The notes beneath the pieces are model-generated. The model did not search any database. It saw nothing but the letters and a program-made list of their open reading frames with translations, and was not told where the DNA came from. Below, in pieces: positions 40,563-54,130 of a DNA stretch of 64,000 nucleotides. This DNA comes from Octopus sinensis (Eukaryota). Each line of letters begins with the position of its first letter. The stretch's first letter is position 1. A program made the position numbers and the translations under genes. The stretch covers positions 166,346,001 to 166,410,000 of the forward strand of contig NC_042999.1 in the NCBI RefSeq assembly GCF_006345805.1, in the 5' to 3' direction.

Positions 40563-40769
40563 TCAAATCAGGATGAATATGAATTGGTTAAACAGTGCAG
40601 CACAACATTCCTCACAGACGTTTTTAACAAAACATTATATCATTGTAACATATCATTCTACATAAGATTTTGTTAGAGCATTTTATATTATTATTATATC
40701 CTTGAATTTTGATAAAGCATTGTCATTACATTATATGCATACCATATATATATATATATATATATATAT

Positions 40770-41202
40770 CATTGCATTCTCTCGTAGCATTGCAATAGCA
40801 GTCTGTCATTTCTTTCTCAAGGAACAGACTATTTTTTTTATCACATTCAGGGTATGTGTCCATGCCTTACCAAATAGTGTCACCATAAAACAGTGGTCAT
40901 CTTACTTACGAGCTTACATACAATTGCCAATCTAGGCACAGTATTTTTGCTATTTATGGTATGTGGCTGTAGTCACTATAAAGTAAAAGGATAATGTCCA
41001 TGAAGCAGTTTTATGCTCAACAACATATAAAAGTCCAGCAACAAATTAAAAATTTCAAGATATTTTCACATAAATAATTAATATAACCATCCCTCACCTA
41101 AATGTAAGGTCTTAAACCTCTGCTAGAAATATATATTCTTCTATTCTCTTATTTTTTTACTTGTTTCAGCCATTTGACTGTAGCCATGCTGGAGCACTGC
41201 CT

Positions 41203-41250
<48 letters not shown>

Positions 41251-41683
41251 ATATCATTGCATTCTCTCGTAGCATTGCAATAGCAGTCTGTCATTTCTTT
41301 CTCAAGGAACAGACTATTTTTTTATCACATTCAGGGTATGTGTCCATGCCTTACCAAATAGTGTCACCATAAAACAGTGGTCATCTTACTTACGAGCTTA
41401 CATACAATTGCCAATCTAGGCACAGTATTTTTGCTATTTATGGTATGTGGCTGTAGTCACTATAAAGTAAAAGGATAATGTCCATGAAGCAGTTTTATGC
41501 TCAACAACATATAAAAGTCCAGCAACAAATTAAAAATTTCAAGATATTTTCACATAAATAATTAATATAACCATCCCTCACCTAAATGTAAGGTCTTAAA
41601 CCTCTGCTAGAAATATATATTCTTCTATTCTCTTATTTTTTTACTTGTTTCAGCCATTTGACTGTAGCCATGCTGGAGCACTG

Positions 41684-41687
<4 letters not shown>
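40770..41687. repeat. Near-perfect tandem duplication (about 434-bp unit, 484-485-bp period) bounded by (TA)n tracts
   Basis: 40770-41203 equals 41255-41687 except one T in a homopolymer, as far as I could check by eye. Confidence 0.92.
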
Positions 41688-41760
<73 letters not shown>

Positions 41761-41926
41761 CAAACAGGAATGTGAAACTCTGAGTAACAGTCTTGTGATA
41801 ATTTCGACAGACAGACAGATTATTTATAGGATTCATTAGAATCTAGGCAGATCAACACATGGGATGCCAGAAATGGCTAGGTACAATAACATAGAGTTCA
41901 CAGTGCAGTAAAACAACTTTGAAGGC

Positions 41927-44619
41927 ATCATATGTTGGTAGGCTACTGCAGATATCTAAGTATCAAATCCAATTTAAATCATATGTTGGTAGGCTACTGC
42001 AGATATCTAAGTACCAAATCCAATTTAAATCATATGTTGGTAGGCTACTGCAGATATCTAAGTACCAAATCCAATTTAAATCATATGTTGGTAGGCTACT
42101 GCAGATATCTAAGTATCAAATCCAATTTAAATCATATGTTGGTAGGCTACTGCAGATATCTAAGTATCAAATCCAATTTAAATCATATGTTGGTAGGCTA
42201 CTGCAGATATCTAAGTATCAAATCCAATTTAAATCATATGTTGGTAGGCTACTGCAGATATCTAAGTACCAAATCCAATTTAAATCATATGTTGGTAGGC
42301 TACTGCAGATATCTAAGTATCAAATCCAATTTAAATCATATGTTGGTAGGCTACTGCAGATATCTAAGTACCAAATCCAATTTAAATCATATGTTGGTAG
42401 GCTACTGCAGATATCTAAGTACCAAATCCATTTAAATCATATGTTGGTAGGCTACTGCAGATATCTAGTACCAAATCCAATTTAAATCATATGTTGGTAG
42501 GCTACTGCAGATATCTAAGTATCAAATTCAATTTAAATCATATGTTGGTAGGCTACTGCAGATATCTAAGTACCAAATCCAATTTAATCATATGTTGGTA
42601 GGCTACTGCAGATATCTAAGTATCAAATCCAATTTAAATCATATGTTGGTAGGCTACTGCAGATATCTAAGTATCAAATCCAATTTAAATCATATGTTGG
42701 TAGGCTACTGCAGAGATCTAAGTACCAAATCCAATTTAAATCATATGTTGGTAGGCTACTGCAGATATCTAAGTACCAATCCAATTTAAATCATATGTTG
42801 GTAGGCTACTGCAGATATCTAAGTACCAAATCCAATTTAAATCATATGTTGGTAGGCTACTGCAGAGATCTAAGTACCAAATCCAATTTAAATCATATGT
42901 TGGTAGGCTACTGCAGAGATCTAAGTACAAATCCAATTTAAATCATATGTTGGTAGGCTACTGCAGATATCTAAGTACCAAATCCAATTTAATCATATGT
43001 TGGTAGGCTACTGCAGAGATCTAAGTACCAAATCCAATTTAAATCATATGTTGGTAGGCTACTGCAGATATCTAAGTACCAAATCCATTTAAATCATATG
43101 TTGGTAGGCTACTGCAGAGATCTAAGTACCAAATCCAATTTAAATCATATGTTGGTAGGCTACTGCAGATATCTAGTACCAAATCCAATTTAAATCATGT
43201 TGGTAGGCTACTGCAGATATCTAAGTACCAAATCCAATTTAAATCATATGTTGGTAGGCTACTGCAGATATCTAAGTACCAAATCCAATTTAAATCATAT
43301 GTTGGTAGGCTACTGCAGAGATCTAAGTACCAAATCCAATTTAAATCATATGTTGGTAGGCTACTGCAGAGATCTAAGTACCAAATCCAATTTAAATCAT
43401 ATGTTGGTAGGCTACTGCAGAGATCTAAGTACCAAATCCAATTTAAATCATATGTTGGTAGGCTACTGCAGAGATCTAAGTACCAAATCCAATTTAAATC
43501 ATATGTTGGTAGGCTACTGCAGATATCTAGTACCAAATCCAATTTAAATCATATGTTGGTAGGCTACTGCGGAGATCTAAGTACCAATCCAATTTAAATC
43601 ATTGTTGGTAGGCTACTGCAGAGATCTAAGTACCAAATCCAATTTAAATCATATGTTGGTAGGCTACTGCAGAGATCTAAGTACCAAATCCAATTTAATC
43701 ATATGTTGGTAGGCTACTGCAGAGATCTAAGTACCAAATCCAATTTAAATCATATGTTGGTAGGCTACTGCAGATATCTAAGTACCAAATCCAATTTAAA
43801 TCATATGTTGGTAGGCTACTGCAGATATCTAAGTACCAAATCCAATTTAATCATATGTTGGTAGGCTACTGCAGAGATCTAAGTACCAAATCCAATTTAA
43901 ATCATATGTTGGTAGGCTACTGCGGAGATCTAAGTACCAAATCCAATTTAAATCATATGTGGTAGGCTACTGCAGAGATCTAAGTACCAAATCCAATTTA
44001 AATCATATGTTGGTAGGCTACTGCAGATATCTAAGTACCAAATCCAATTTAAATCATATGTTGGTAGGCTACTGCAGAGATCTAAGTACCAAATCCAATT
44101 TAAATCATATGTTGGTAGGCTACTGCAGAGATCTAAGTACCAAATCCAATTTAAATCATATGTTGGTAGGCTACTTCAGAGATCTAAGTACCAAATCCAA
44201 TTTAAATCATATGTTGGTAGGCTACTGCAGAGATCTAAGTACCAAATCCAATTTAAATCATATGTTGGTAGGCTACTGCAGATATCTAAGTACCAAATCC
44301 AATTTAAATCATATGTTGGTAGGCTACTGCAGAGATCTAAGTACCAAATCCAATTTAAATCATATGTTGGTAGGCTACTGCAGAGATCTAAGTACCAAAT
44401 CCAATTTAAATCATATGTTGGTAGGCTACTTCAGAGATCTAAGTACCAAATCCAATTTAAATCATATGTTGGTAGGCTACTGCAGAGATCTAAGTACCAA
44501 ATCCAATTTAAATCATATGTTGGTAGGCTACTGCAGAGATCTAAGTACCAAATCCAATTTAAATCATATGTTGGTAGGCTACTGCAGAGATCTAAGTACC
44601 AAATCCAATTTAAATCATA
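41927..44619. repeat. 51-bp minisatellite, about 53 copies
   Basis: Unit atcatatgttggtaggctactgcaga(t/g)atctaagta(c/t)caaatccaatttaa; the 17-aa periodic ORFs are read-through of it. Confidence 0.97.
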
Positions 44620-44681
44620 GACCTGACTCGGGGCTCGTTCTAGGTGCAGTGTAAGAATAAAAAGGAACACAAACGGGGTTC

Positions 44682-44965
44682 AAAATCTATGACAGTTGTT
44701 TCAGTAGGATTTTGTTCAGGTAGTCATAGATTACATCACAGCATACAACCCACCCTCTTCAGGTAAAATTTTAAACAGGTGACAATATGTTGATGATGAC
44801 AAGTCCAACCAATGTAACATTGGTTGGATTTGTCATCAACAAGATTTTATCTCACGTATTTTATGCCTGTTTAAAATTTTACCTGAAGATATTGGATTGT
44901 ATGCAATGATGTAATCTATGAATACTTTAACAAAATTCTATCAAAACAGCTGTCATAAATTTAAA
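44682..44965. mobile_element. Diverged palindrome with a degenerate hammerhead-like core in each arm
   Basis: Centre tccaaccaatgt-a-acattggttgga (44816). Left arm (- strand) CUGAAGA 44762-56 ... GAAAC-AACU-GUC; right arm (+) CUGAAGA 44883-89 ... AAAAC-AGCU-GUC 44943-54. Confidence 0.65.
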
Positions 44966-44976
44966 ATCCATTTGTG

Positions 44977-45011
<35 letters not shown>

Positions 45012-45157
45012 ATTGATGTATACACATGCAAACACACACAGATATATATATATACACACAATTAGAGGTTATGTTAGCTTCACGATTGATCCATTGTTAA
45101 TAACAAACAATTAACTCACTAATCTCCATTTACTTTTTTTCTCTCTCTCTATATATA

Positions 45158-45193
<36 letters not shown>

Positions 45194-45215
45194 TATGTAT
45201 ATATATATGTATAGT

Positions 45216-45540
45216 GAAGGCGCATGGCTTAGTGGTTAGAGCATTCAGCTCATGATTGTAAGGTCGTGAGTTGGATTCCTGGTGACACGTTGTCTCCTTG
45301 AGCAAGAAACTTTATTTCACATTGCTCCAGTCCACTCAGCTGGTAAAAATGAGTAGGACCTGCATTTCAAAGGGCCAGCCTTGTCACACTCTGTTTCACG
45401 CTGAATCTCCCTGAGAACTACATTAGAGGTATGTGTGTCTGTGGACTGCTCAGTCACTTGCACGTTAATTTCACGAGGAGGTTGTTCCATTGATCGTATC
45501 AGCTGGGACCCTCGTCGTCATAACTGACAGAGTGCTCTCT
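45216..45540 (+). mobile_element. Older tRNA-derived SINE sharing its 3' half with family B
   Basis: A box tggcttagtgg. The 3' part tttcaaagggccagccttgtcac...gagaactac...cacgttaatttcacgag matches family B. Related heads at about 18112 and 51960. Confidence 0.7.
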
Positions 45541-45542
45541 CT

Positions 45543-45602
<60 letters not shown>

Positions 45603-47467
45603 CATATGTATGTATAAAGGATTGATATACACACACACATCGAAACAGTGGAAGAACTGGATTTTAAACAGTTGCTTTCTTTAAATTTCTTATTGATGTT
45701 TATTAAAACAGCAGTTTATTTCTAATTGAAAATACCACTAAATTCTTGATGAAATATTCAATATTGTAGTTAGTTACAAGCAAACTGTCATTTGGTAAGT
45801 GGTAGTACAAACTGCAAGGTAAAACAATTGTTGAAAACCCATTTCTTTCACTCTCTTTGTTATTGTTATAAGTAACCTTAATTTATGTATAAGTTTCTTT
45901 TTTTTTTTGCACTAACAAGTGTGTATGTGTGTGTGTGTAATACTTGAGGCTTTAATTTTTATATGTATTTCACACATTCACCTATCTATTCCCTTCACTT
46001 CTAACAAGTAATAAAAACAAACAATCATAAATATTCTTGAACTTCTTCCCTTACCAGTGACCGACAGTATTGTACCTTAAAGCTACATCATACACATCAG
46101 TGGTCTTCTGCTCTTCAAAAGTCCATGAAAAGCATTAGTTGTTCTTGATATCAGCCAGGTTTTTCACTGTATCTAGCAAGACAACATTCCAACCTAGTTG
46201 GTTGCTTTGGTCTCCATCTGCCCCCCCTCCCCTCCCAGTTCTTAGGTTTGAAGATTTTTTTCATTAGATCACTGTGTCAGAGGGTATCTCTCTGACTCAC
46301 AAACTAATACTTCAGGACTGCCATGCTTCCCAAAACTAACTAACACTACACCTGGAGTTGCTTTTTCATGACTCCTTAACTGTCCATTTCCCTGTCTTTT
46401 ATGTGCATTATTCTGTGTACTGTATGTGCATTTTTAGCCACCTTTTGTGGTGAGTTGTAGTGCACCTGAACGCTATGCAATAAGTTCATTATTATTTCTA
46501 TAATTCCTGTACATGCCTCTCACACTCTTCCTGCATATCAATAACTTGTTCAATGTTTGCTATATATAGCTACATACACATTCTCATACAGATTGTACCA
46601 TCTTTTACACCTCCTTAACATTACACACACAAGTTTCATCTGCATGTAAACTAGACACCTTACATTAAACATTTTCTGTGTTAATGTCTAGAGCCCATAA
46701 GAACAGCTTCCAGTTGAGACATGAAAATCTTGACTCATTCACCAGCAACTTAACAACCACTACATATAACAAGAAACCATACCTCCAATTCTATTGTCGC
46801 TTTACTGGTAAAGAAACACTTGACTAAACTATCATGAAATTTAGTGAAGCCTAACAATATTATATTACCATTCATGTTGACCGTTAATAACACTGCTAAA
46901 ACTGCATCTCAAAAACCAAGCTTCCTCATGAGCCCTGGCAGTTGTTTCAAAACTGGATGGTTGCTGTCCTCAGAACCCAACCACCAACCTGCAATGATTG
47001 GATCACTAATTGGAGCAACTGCATGTAAAAATACTTATTGGGATTAATTAATAAACCTTAAGTCAGCAATGCACTACAATCACCACTACACTGATATACT
47101 GTATCTTTTCTCTGTTTCTTTCCTAGGACAGCTAGAATTGTTGCCGTTTCTCTGGAAAAGCAAGCTGTGTAAGCACCCAATTCACCTGCCTCTACTCCTT
47201 GTCCCTTCTGCTATATCTCAGTCCCCACATTTTACACTACTTCTTTCATGTATTCTTCTTCCCCAGGACTAAGTTTTTGTTTTTTCGTCCAGGCTATGTT
47301 TTCCCTGTACACCATTAAAAATTCAAACTGTACTTGACCACACCAAACCACTAGTCGGAAAATACTGGGAACACTGTATCCTATCATCATACTAAAAAAG
47401 AAAACAAAATCAGCATCTTCATATAAAGATTAACTATATTTCTTATGTCATTGTCCAAGAATAAAGC

Positions 47468-47500
<33 letters not shown>

Positions 47501-48918
47501 GTTGAGATGTGTCAAACCATAGGTATAAATTGAAATTTCAACTATGACTCAAAGACATAAATTTACAAACTCAAATTATTTAAATAAAACGATCTCCCAT
47601 CAATTCTAATGATGAGTATTCAGTTGTTTGATCAGTTGAATCAGCTTCTCTTTGAATTAACACATGAAGTGGCTGAGCAGTGACAGTCATGTATACCCTG
47701 AATGGAATTCAAAGGGAGAATCACCACAAATCAACATGTGACAAGGTTGAATCCCTTTTCTTTTTTTTTTTTTCAGTTACTTAAATGATTTATCCAATGG
47801 ACATTGAAACAGTTTCTGCCAATCCAATTTCTCTCTAAAGGAGTTGATCAAACTAAGGTTGTGGTAAAAGACAACTGTCTGAGACACAATAGCGTATGAT
47901 TAAATCTTGGTCTTCTTGATTGCAAAACAAACTTCTTAACCATCAAACCAAGCTGAGTCCATTCAATGTGTGTGTGTGTGTGTGTAAATGTGCATATGCA
48001 TGTTTGTCTATCAGCAAAAATATGCACATTGGTGACAAAACAGTGCGCAAAACAAACATTCACCATGGTATTTATTTTGCCCTTGTTGTGCAGATATTCT
48101 TTTCTGACTCTCGCCATTGCAAACGCAGAGGCCCAGTGTTTGGCCCATCAGAAACTTATAACCAGCAACTCTGTTATTCACAAAAGCAAGATATAAAATG
48201 TAGAAAAGAAAACTAATTTTAATATAATTATTTTGAAAGATTGGATTAGGCTTCATTAACAAGGCAATTATTCAAGACAGTTAAATGATGTCCTACTTAT
48301 AAAATAATTATTTGTGATGGTTTGTGTTACTAAACAAATATCTTACTAAACAAATATCTTTATCTGGTATGGTTTAATTAGGTCCAACTTAGTAAATAAA
48401 TATTTGGTTCAATTATGTTTTGCTAAACAATTATTGTGTATGTTTAAATTATCTTATAAAATTTTATATAAGTTGAGAGTCTTAAGAAATTGTTTTTATT
48501 TAATCCAAAGTGTGGTATTAATTCTTCAGCAAATAAAATGCATGTCTCAGTTTTTGGAATCATATTATTTGGTTTTCATTCATCAGTATTTGTAGTCATG
48601 GAGAAAGAATTGAAATTTGAGTCAAAATTTTATTGTTTTTAAGGAATATTGAACTGAGCGCTGAGAACTAATTGTCAATTTGCAGTACTTTTGTTACTTT
48701 TAGTGATGAATTTTTCCCATCTTGTGGTAATTGGAGAAGGAATATTGACTAAAATTTCATTTCCGTTTTCCACAAGGAGGGTGAAAAGCTGTATGTTGGT
48801 ACCATAGTATTACTAATTTTGGCGGTAATGGAGATTTGACTAAAACTTGAACTTAATTCTGTCTACTACAAAATTAATAACAACACTTGGTACATTCTTT
48901 CAGCAACATGGACTTATG

Positions 48919-50131
48919 TATTGAGTTGGCCAAAAAGTTTGTTCAGTATTTTAAGCAAAAATAACACACAAGTTATAAACACAAAGAAATTTATTCAATC
49001 AATGATATAATTACGAATTTGTTCCAGTATCTTGTGCCATCTTGTGGGCAGATCCATGATTCCATACTCAAGGAATTTGCTGTTTTACTGCGAATTTTTA
49101 AATCCTCTTCAGAGTTGAGGTTCTGTCCATTCAAAGAATTTTGAAGAGACTGAAACAGATAGAAATCTGAAGGTGCAAGCTTGAGTGATTATGGAAAGTG
49201 TGGCAAAACTTTTCAGCAAAACCCTAGGAATTTCTGCCACATTGGCAAAGAAGTGTGCGGTTTAGCATTGTCATGATGAAAAACAATAACCTTATGATTA
49301 GCAAGTTTTGGGACAGTTCTGATGGATTATTATGTTTAGTTTGTCCAGCTGATCACAATAAACATCTGAATTAATGATTCTATTCATGAGGAAAAGCTTG
49401 TAAAAGACAACACTCCTCCAGTCCCATCAAATAGCTTTCTTTGAGTGAACTCTTGCTCGGAGGTTGTGATCGTTCACCATGTTTTCCCTGTGATAGCTTG
49501 GCACTTCACATTGTTATGGACAATCCAGTTTTATCCTCTGTTACCATTCTCTTCAAAATAGGAATGTTTTCTTCATGCATTTGCAATGAATTGCACATGG
49601 ACGTTCAGTGGACAGTGTTCTCCTCACTCAATTAATGTGGGTCCCAATCATCAACCCTGCTGATGTGTATGGTTTTCAGTACACAATTTGGATATTTGGG
49701 AAGTACCTGGATCATTTTGGTTATATAATGGGGGCCAGCCAGGGTGAGGTGCATCTTGAACCGCAAAACTTCCCAATTGAAATTCTAGAAACTATTTTTG
49801 GTACATACATTCCAAAACAGCATTCTCTCCATACATATTTTCCAGTAGGTTTCCACAGCTCTCTTGCTTTTTTAAAATATCAAAAGCATGCGGTGTTGAT
49901 AAAGTTTGTTTTGGTTCTCAGTTTCCAAGGTGATCCCAAGCACACAAAATACAACCTGGCTTATTGGAAATTCTTCCTAAAGTATGCTGAAGTGTCAAGT
50001 ATCTAACAAGCGTGCATGCACAAGGACAGACCAAAGTTAGATACTTATTAATGATACTGATTAGATACTGATTAGTGTGCTTCAAGTTTAGAGTCCAGAA
50101 AAACCAAACGAACTTTTCAGCCAACCTAATA
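48919..50131 (-). mobile_element. Decayed, apparently full-length mariner transposon (about 1.2 kb)
   Basis: Imperfect TIRs tattgagttggccaaaaagtttgttc / aaacgaacttttcagccaacctaata with TA ends. Minus-strand remnants NWIVHNNVK and IVFHHDNAKPHTS. Confidence 0.8.
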
Positions 50132-50954
50132 TTTAGAATCTGTTGCTTTTACAATAAGTTATATAATACAAATATTTTTTTATGAATACAGCACAATAAA
50201 ACAAATAGTAACAAAAATTGTGTGTGTGTGTGTGTGCACGCGTGCGTGTGTGTAAAATTGATTTCAAATTTTGGCACAAACCCAGTAAATTTGGGGAATG
50301 GGGTAAGTCGATTTTATCAATGCCTGTGCTCAACTAGTACTTCTTTTATTGACCCCAGAAGGATGAAAAGCAAAGTCAACCTCAGCGGAATTTGAGCTCA
50401 GAACGTAAACAAGGACAAAATGCAGCTAAACATTTCTCCCATTCTGCCAGTTTACGACCTGCCGACACCATAAAATTGACAAGTATTTTGTTAACTTACA
50501 CTACTGAAACAGGGAAAGCCACTCCAGTAATTCATCCCAGATCAGTTTACCAATTGTCAAGTCTTGTCGTGACATTATTTCAGAATTGTTTAGGGAATAA
50601 AAAAAAAACTCAGACATGCCGTCAGCAGAAAATTATTTTATAAAGTTAGTGTTAGCATATTTAATGCAGGGAGTATTAAATAGCTGCATCATTGTTCATT
50701 ATTTTTAACATTCACTTTTCCATGCTTGCATGGGTCAGACTGAGTTTATTGAGACAGACTTTCAACAGCTAGAGGCCCTTCTAAAGAAAGGAGAAGGAAA
50801 AGAACAAATGAGTAACACAAAAGTTAAAAATAAAAATTTAAGATTTCAAAAGTTAGGGAAAAGGATGGAAAGAATTGTAAAGAAAACGTTAACGATGAAT
50901 TCAGAAGGGGAAATAAAAAGGTTGGGGTATGAAAGAATTATGTGCTAGGTTAAG

Positions 50955-51938
50955 GAGAGGAATGCCTTACTTCCCTGGGCATGGACACATTGAAACTCTG
51001 ACGTCTGGCAGCTGACTTGGCAGGCACCCATAAAATTATTAACCATCTTATAAACAACCAGCAGTATCGCCCGACGTTGCTCGGGTTTGTAAGGGAAATA
51101 ACTATATAAGCATTTTTAGAGAGTTACTTCCCTTATAGATGCCAATTCGGACTTTCTTAGCCATTTCTGTTTTGGTGTCTTCAAGCCATGAAGTCGTTGT
51201 TCTAAAAGAACGCTGGTCTCCTTGACAACGCTTTACGACGTTGATTTCCTTACACTCCCTTCCCCACAGCTTCACGAGGGAGGGAAGAAGGGGGAGAAGC
51301 AAACAGGTGCAGGTGTGACCATGGAAGCCAACTCTGCCGCCATCGACACACGAAAAATTATGCATTAAAATGGAATAAAAAATGATGTTAAATTATTTTT
51401 AAAATCGTAGACTCATCGTAGACGCGCGCTAATAGCCAGACGGGCTCGATATGAATCCCGACTATAAGATACCCGAATTTGGTTAAACTGCACCGCAAAA
51501 TGTGGGAGTAGTTAGGAATCTAAATCGAAAGGGACAGACACTCACACAACTACAGTTTTATATATATAGATAACTCTGAGCACCTTTTCAAACTCCACCC
51601 GTCTAACACCTATGGACATATTTACAAAGTAAGAAAACAGCACAGCTCCCATGACTTCAGGAAACATTTTTTCACGCTGAGAGTTGCTGAAGCATGGAAC
51701 AAACTGCCGGCATCAGTTGTTAGTTGTCGGAGCACTGCATCCTTCAAAACTTCCATGCTTTCTGAGATTCGGCAACACTACACCTGATTTTCCCCCTCCA
51801 TACACACGCAAGCATGTATCTGACTCATACACTGTTCCCTTTCCAGACATTTGTACATTACTGCATATACTTTATATGCACTTTTGACAAGTTGTGGTGC
51901 ACCTGGGCACTGTATACAATAATTTCATTATTATTATT
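50955..51938 (+). mobile_element. CR1/L2-like LINE 3' end, split by a Helitron at 51058-51570
   Basis: SLGMDTLKL*RLAADLAGTHKIINHL on the left of the insert continues as NSEHLFKLHPSNTYGHIYKVRKQH...FFTLRVAEAWNKLP on the right; (ATT)n tail at about 51925. Confidence 0.8.
51058..51570 (-). mobile_element. Non-autonomous Helitron
   Basis: Minus strand: 5' TC(TATATATATAAAA); 3' hairpin cccgagcaacgtcggg followed by CTGG (CTRR). Inserted between A51057 and T51571 with no TSD. Confidence 0.85.
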
Positions 51939-52858
51939 TAAATTTCTAAACAATTTGAAGGCACATAGCCTACTTGGTTAGGGTGTGGTACACAAGATCG
52001 CAGTTTCAATTCTCAGGCCAGATGGTGCATTGTATTCTTGAACAAAACACTTCACTTCATTGTGCTCTAGCTGTTCACTTAGCTGTAAATGAATAACACT
52101 GCAATGGATGGTGTCCCATTGAGGTGGAATGTTGTGATCTCAGCCATTTATATGCCATAGAAACCAGGCAACTGGTTTATGAGTCCTAAGACAGACAACA
52201 GTGATGTTCAGGGGACTTACAACATCTCACCACAAATCCCATTCAAGAGTGCTGAACACTAATTTCTAGCCATGTTTGTTGTTTATCAATATCACATAAC
52301 CAACCAAATTGGAGGTAAAATCTTTATTAAGATCATTAGATCGTACAAAGAAAAATTAGATCGTACAAGACAAACAAATACACACTAAATTGAATAAACT
52401 GCAGGATCCTGTCTCAAATCAAGTATGAATACAAGACCTAAGGAGTCAATCCACTCCTTATCCATCAAAATGGACAGAAAGTCTGGAAATTCCTGATGGT
52501 GATATAAAGATTAGTCTCAGAAGTATCAAATATAGCCAACCACTAATTTTCCCATTGTTTTAAGTCATTGGAAAGACTTGCTGCTAGGGTTCTTTGCATT
52601 AATATTGTAAAATGTGGGGTCATTAGTAAATAAGTGAATAAAGGGTTTTATTATTCAGGTGACTCATTGATAAACACCAAATATGAATTAGAGATAAAAC
52701 CACTATTATGCATGTGATTGCACACAGGTTTCTGTGTGTGTGTGTGTAATGATAGCACGTGTGTGTGGTTGTGGATGTTTATCTGTGTGTATGGTTGGGC
52801 TTAGAATCGTTTAAGGTCATAGGAAGAATTTATAGTAAGAATTTTGGGTATATATATA

Positions 52859-53514
52859 CTAGCAGTAATACCCGTCGTTCATCGGATAATTACTTTTACT
52901 CTTTTTCAGGAGTCACATTCAAAGTATTATTATATATATAATAGATTTCTCAACGGGGGTTTCAGGGAAGAGTTTCAGGGAGTCGCTGACAATGTATCGT
53001 GATGATCAAAATCTTGCTAAAATTTGGTTAAAGTGATTCAAACTGCAGACTCAATGCAAAATGATCACATTTAATTCAAAGTGTTAAAAATGTTATGAAA
53101 ACATGTGTTCACAAAGTCCAAACGATTAATACGAAAAAACCCTCCAGGCTACATCCCGAAAATTCATTTCTTTGCCGAATTTTTACAATGTTTACGGTGA
53201 TTTGTTTTTATATCTTGATTTTTTTATTTTTCCCGCAATTTACGCATGCTTGCACGCGTGGTAAACACAGTTCACGTCAAACAGCTGACTGAGTAAAGTT
53301 CACTATTCAATGCATGGGATAAGGCCTAAACAAACACATTATCGATTTTTGCACTTGCGAGATGAATTTCGGAACAGAAATAGCGCAGTTCAATTTTCAT
53401 TCGTCTAAACTTTAAGTGACCCACTTTTGGTGGTTCTACGATTTGTTGGCTAGGAGGAGATGTGCCGGGAAGTTAAACACACAGACACACACACAGATAC
53501 ACACACAGACACAC

Positions 53515-53520
<6 letters not shown>
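52859..53520 (-). mobile_element. Probable Helitron-type non-autonomous element or fragments
   Basis: ctagcagtaatacccgtcgttcatcgg resembles the 3' ends at 18429 and 51058, and the CA/GACA- and TA-rich far end resembles their 5' ends. Extent uncertain. Confidence 0.4.
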
Positions 53521-53550
<30 letters not shown>

Positions 53551-53557
<7 letters not shown>

Positions 53558-53707
53558 TCAATATAGGGTGGCAAAAAAATTTTGTAGAATTCTTTTTGCC
53601 ACCAGCGGCCTAGTGGGAAAAAATTAAATAGTCATAGACCATTTTTAAGTTCAACATCAACAATCAAGGAACGGCCAATTTTTTTGCCACCCTATATTGA
53701 TTAATTA
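53551..53707. mobile_element. 157-bp MITE-like element with 31-bp perfect TIRs
   Basis: taattaatcaatatagggtggcaaaaaaatt (53551-81) and its exact reverse complement (53677-707). Confidence 0.75.
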
Positions 53708-54088
53708 TGAATTTTCTGGTTAATTCCGTAATGGAATCGACGGCTTATATTTATTTGCTGCCGATAAATTTGGCGCGAGTGCGACGATTTGAAAATTTTA
53801 GGTCAGATATCACCTTGGCAGGGTCGGAAATGCCTCGTGAAAATATCTGTTCCGACTTGGCTATTTCTTGCTGAAGAATCTGAGGGCCTATGGAAGATTG
53901 GCTTGATTTAATTTAATCAGGTTAGTTTACCATTAAACAGCAGATGAAACGGTGCATCGTACAAGAAATTACAGGGTAAATGTTTTTTAAATTTTCTCCT
54001 GTTTACGGAATTAATCTTTATTTGCGGTTGAAGCTTTGGCTGTTATTTCTAGTGGGTGAATGGCCTATTATGGCCGTTCCTTGATTGT

Positions 54089-54129
<41 letters not shown>

Positions 54130-54130
<1 letters not shown>

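Noticed and set aside
41919-44670. Long periodic ORFs (up to 231 aa) and a CRISPR-like look of the array
   Set aside because: The units are contiguous 51-bp repeats without unique spacers; single-base indels break the frames; there are no cas genes and the context is eukaryotic.
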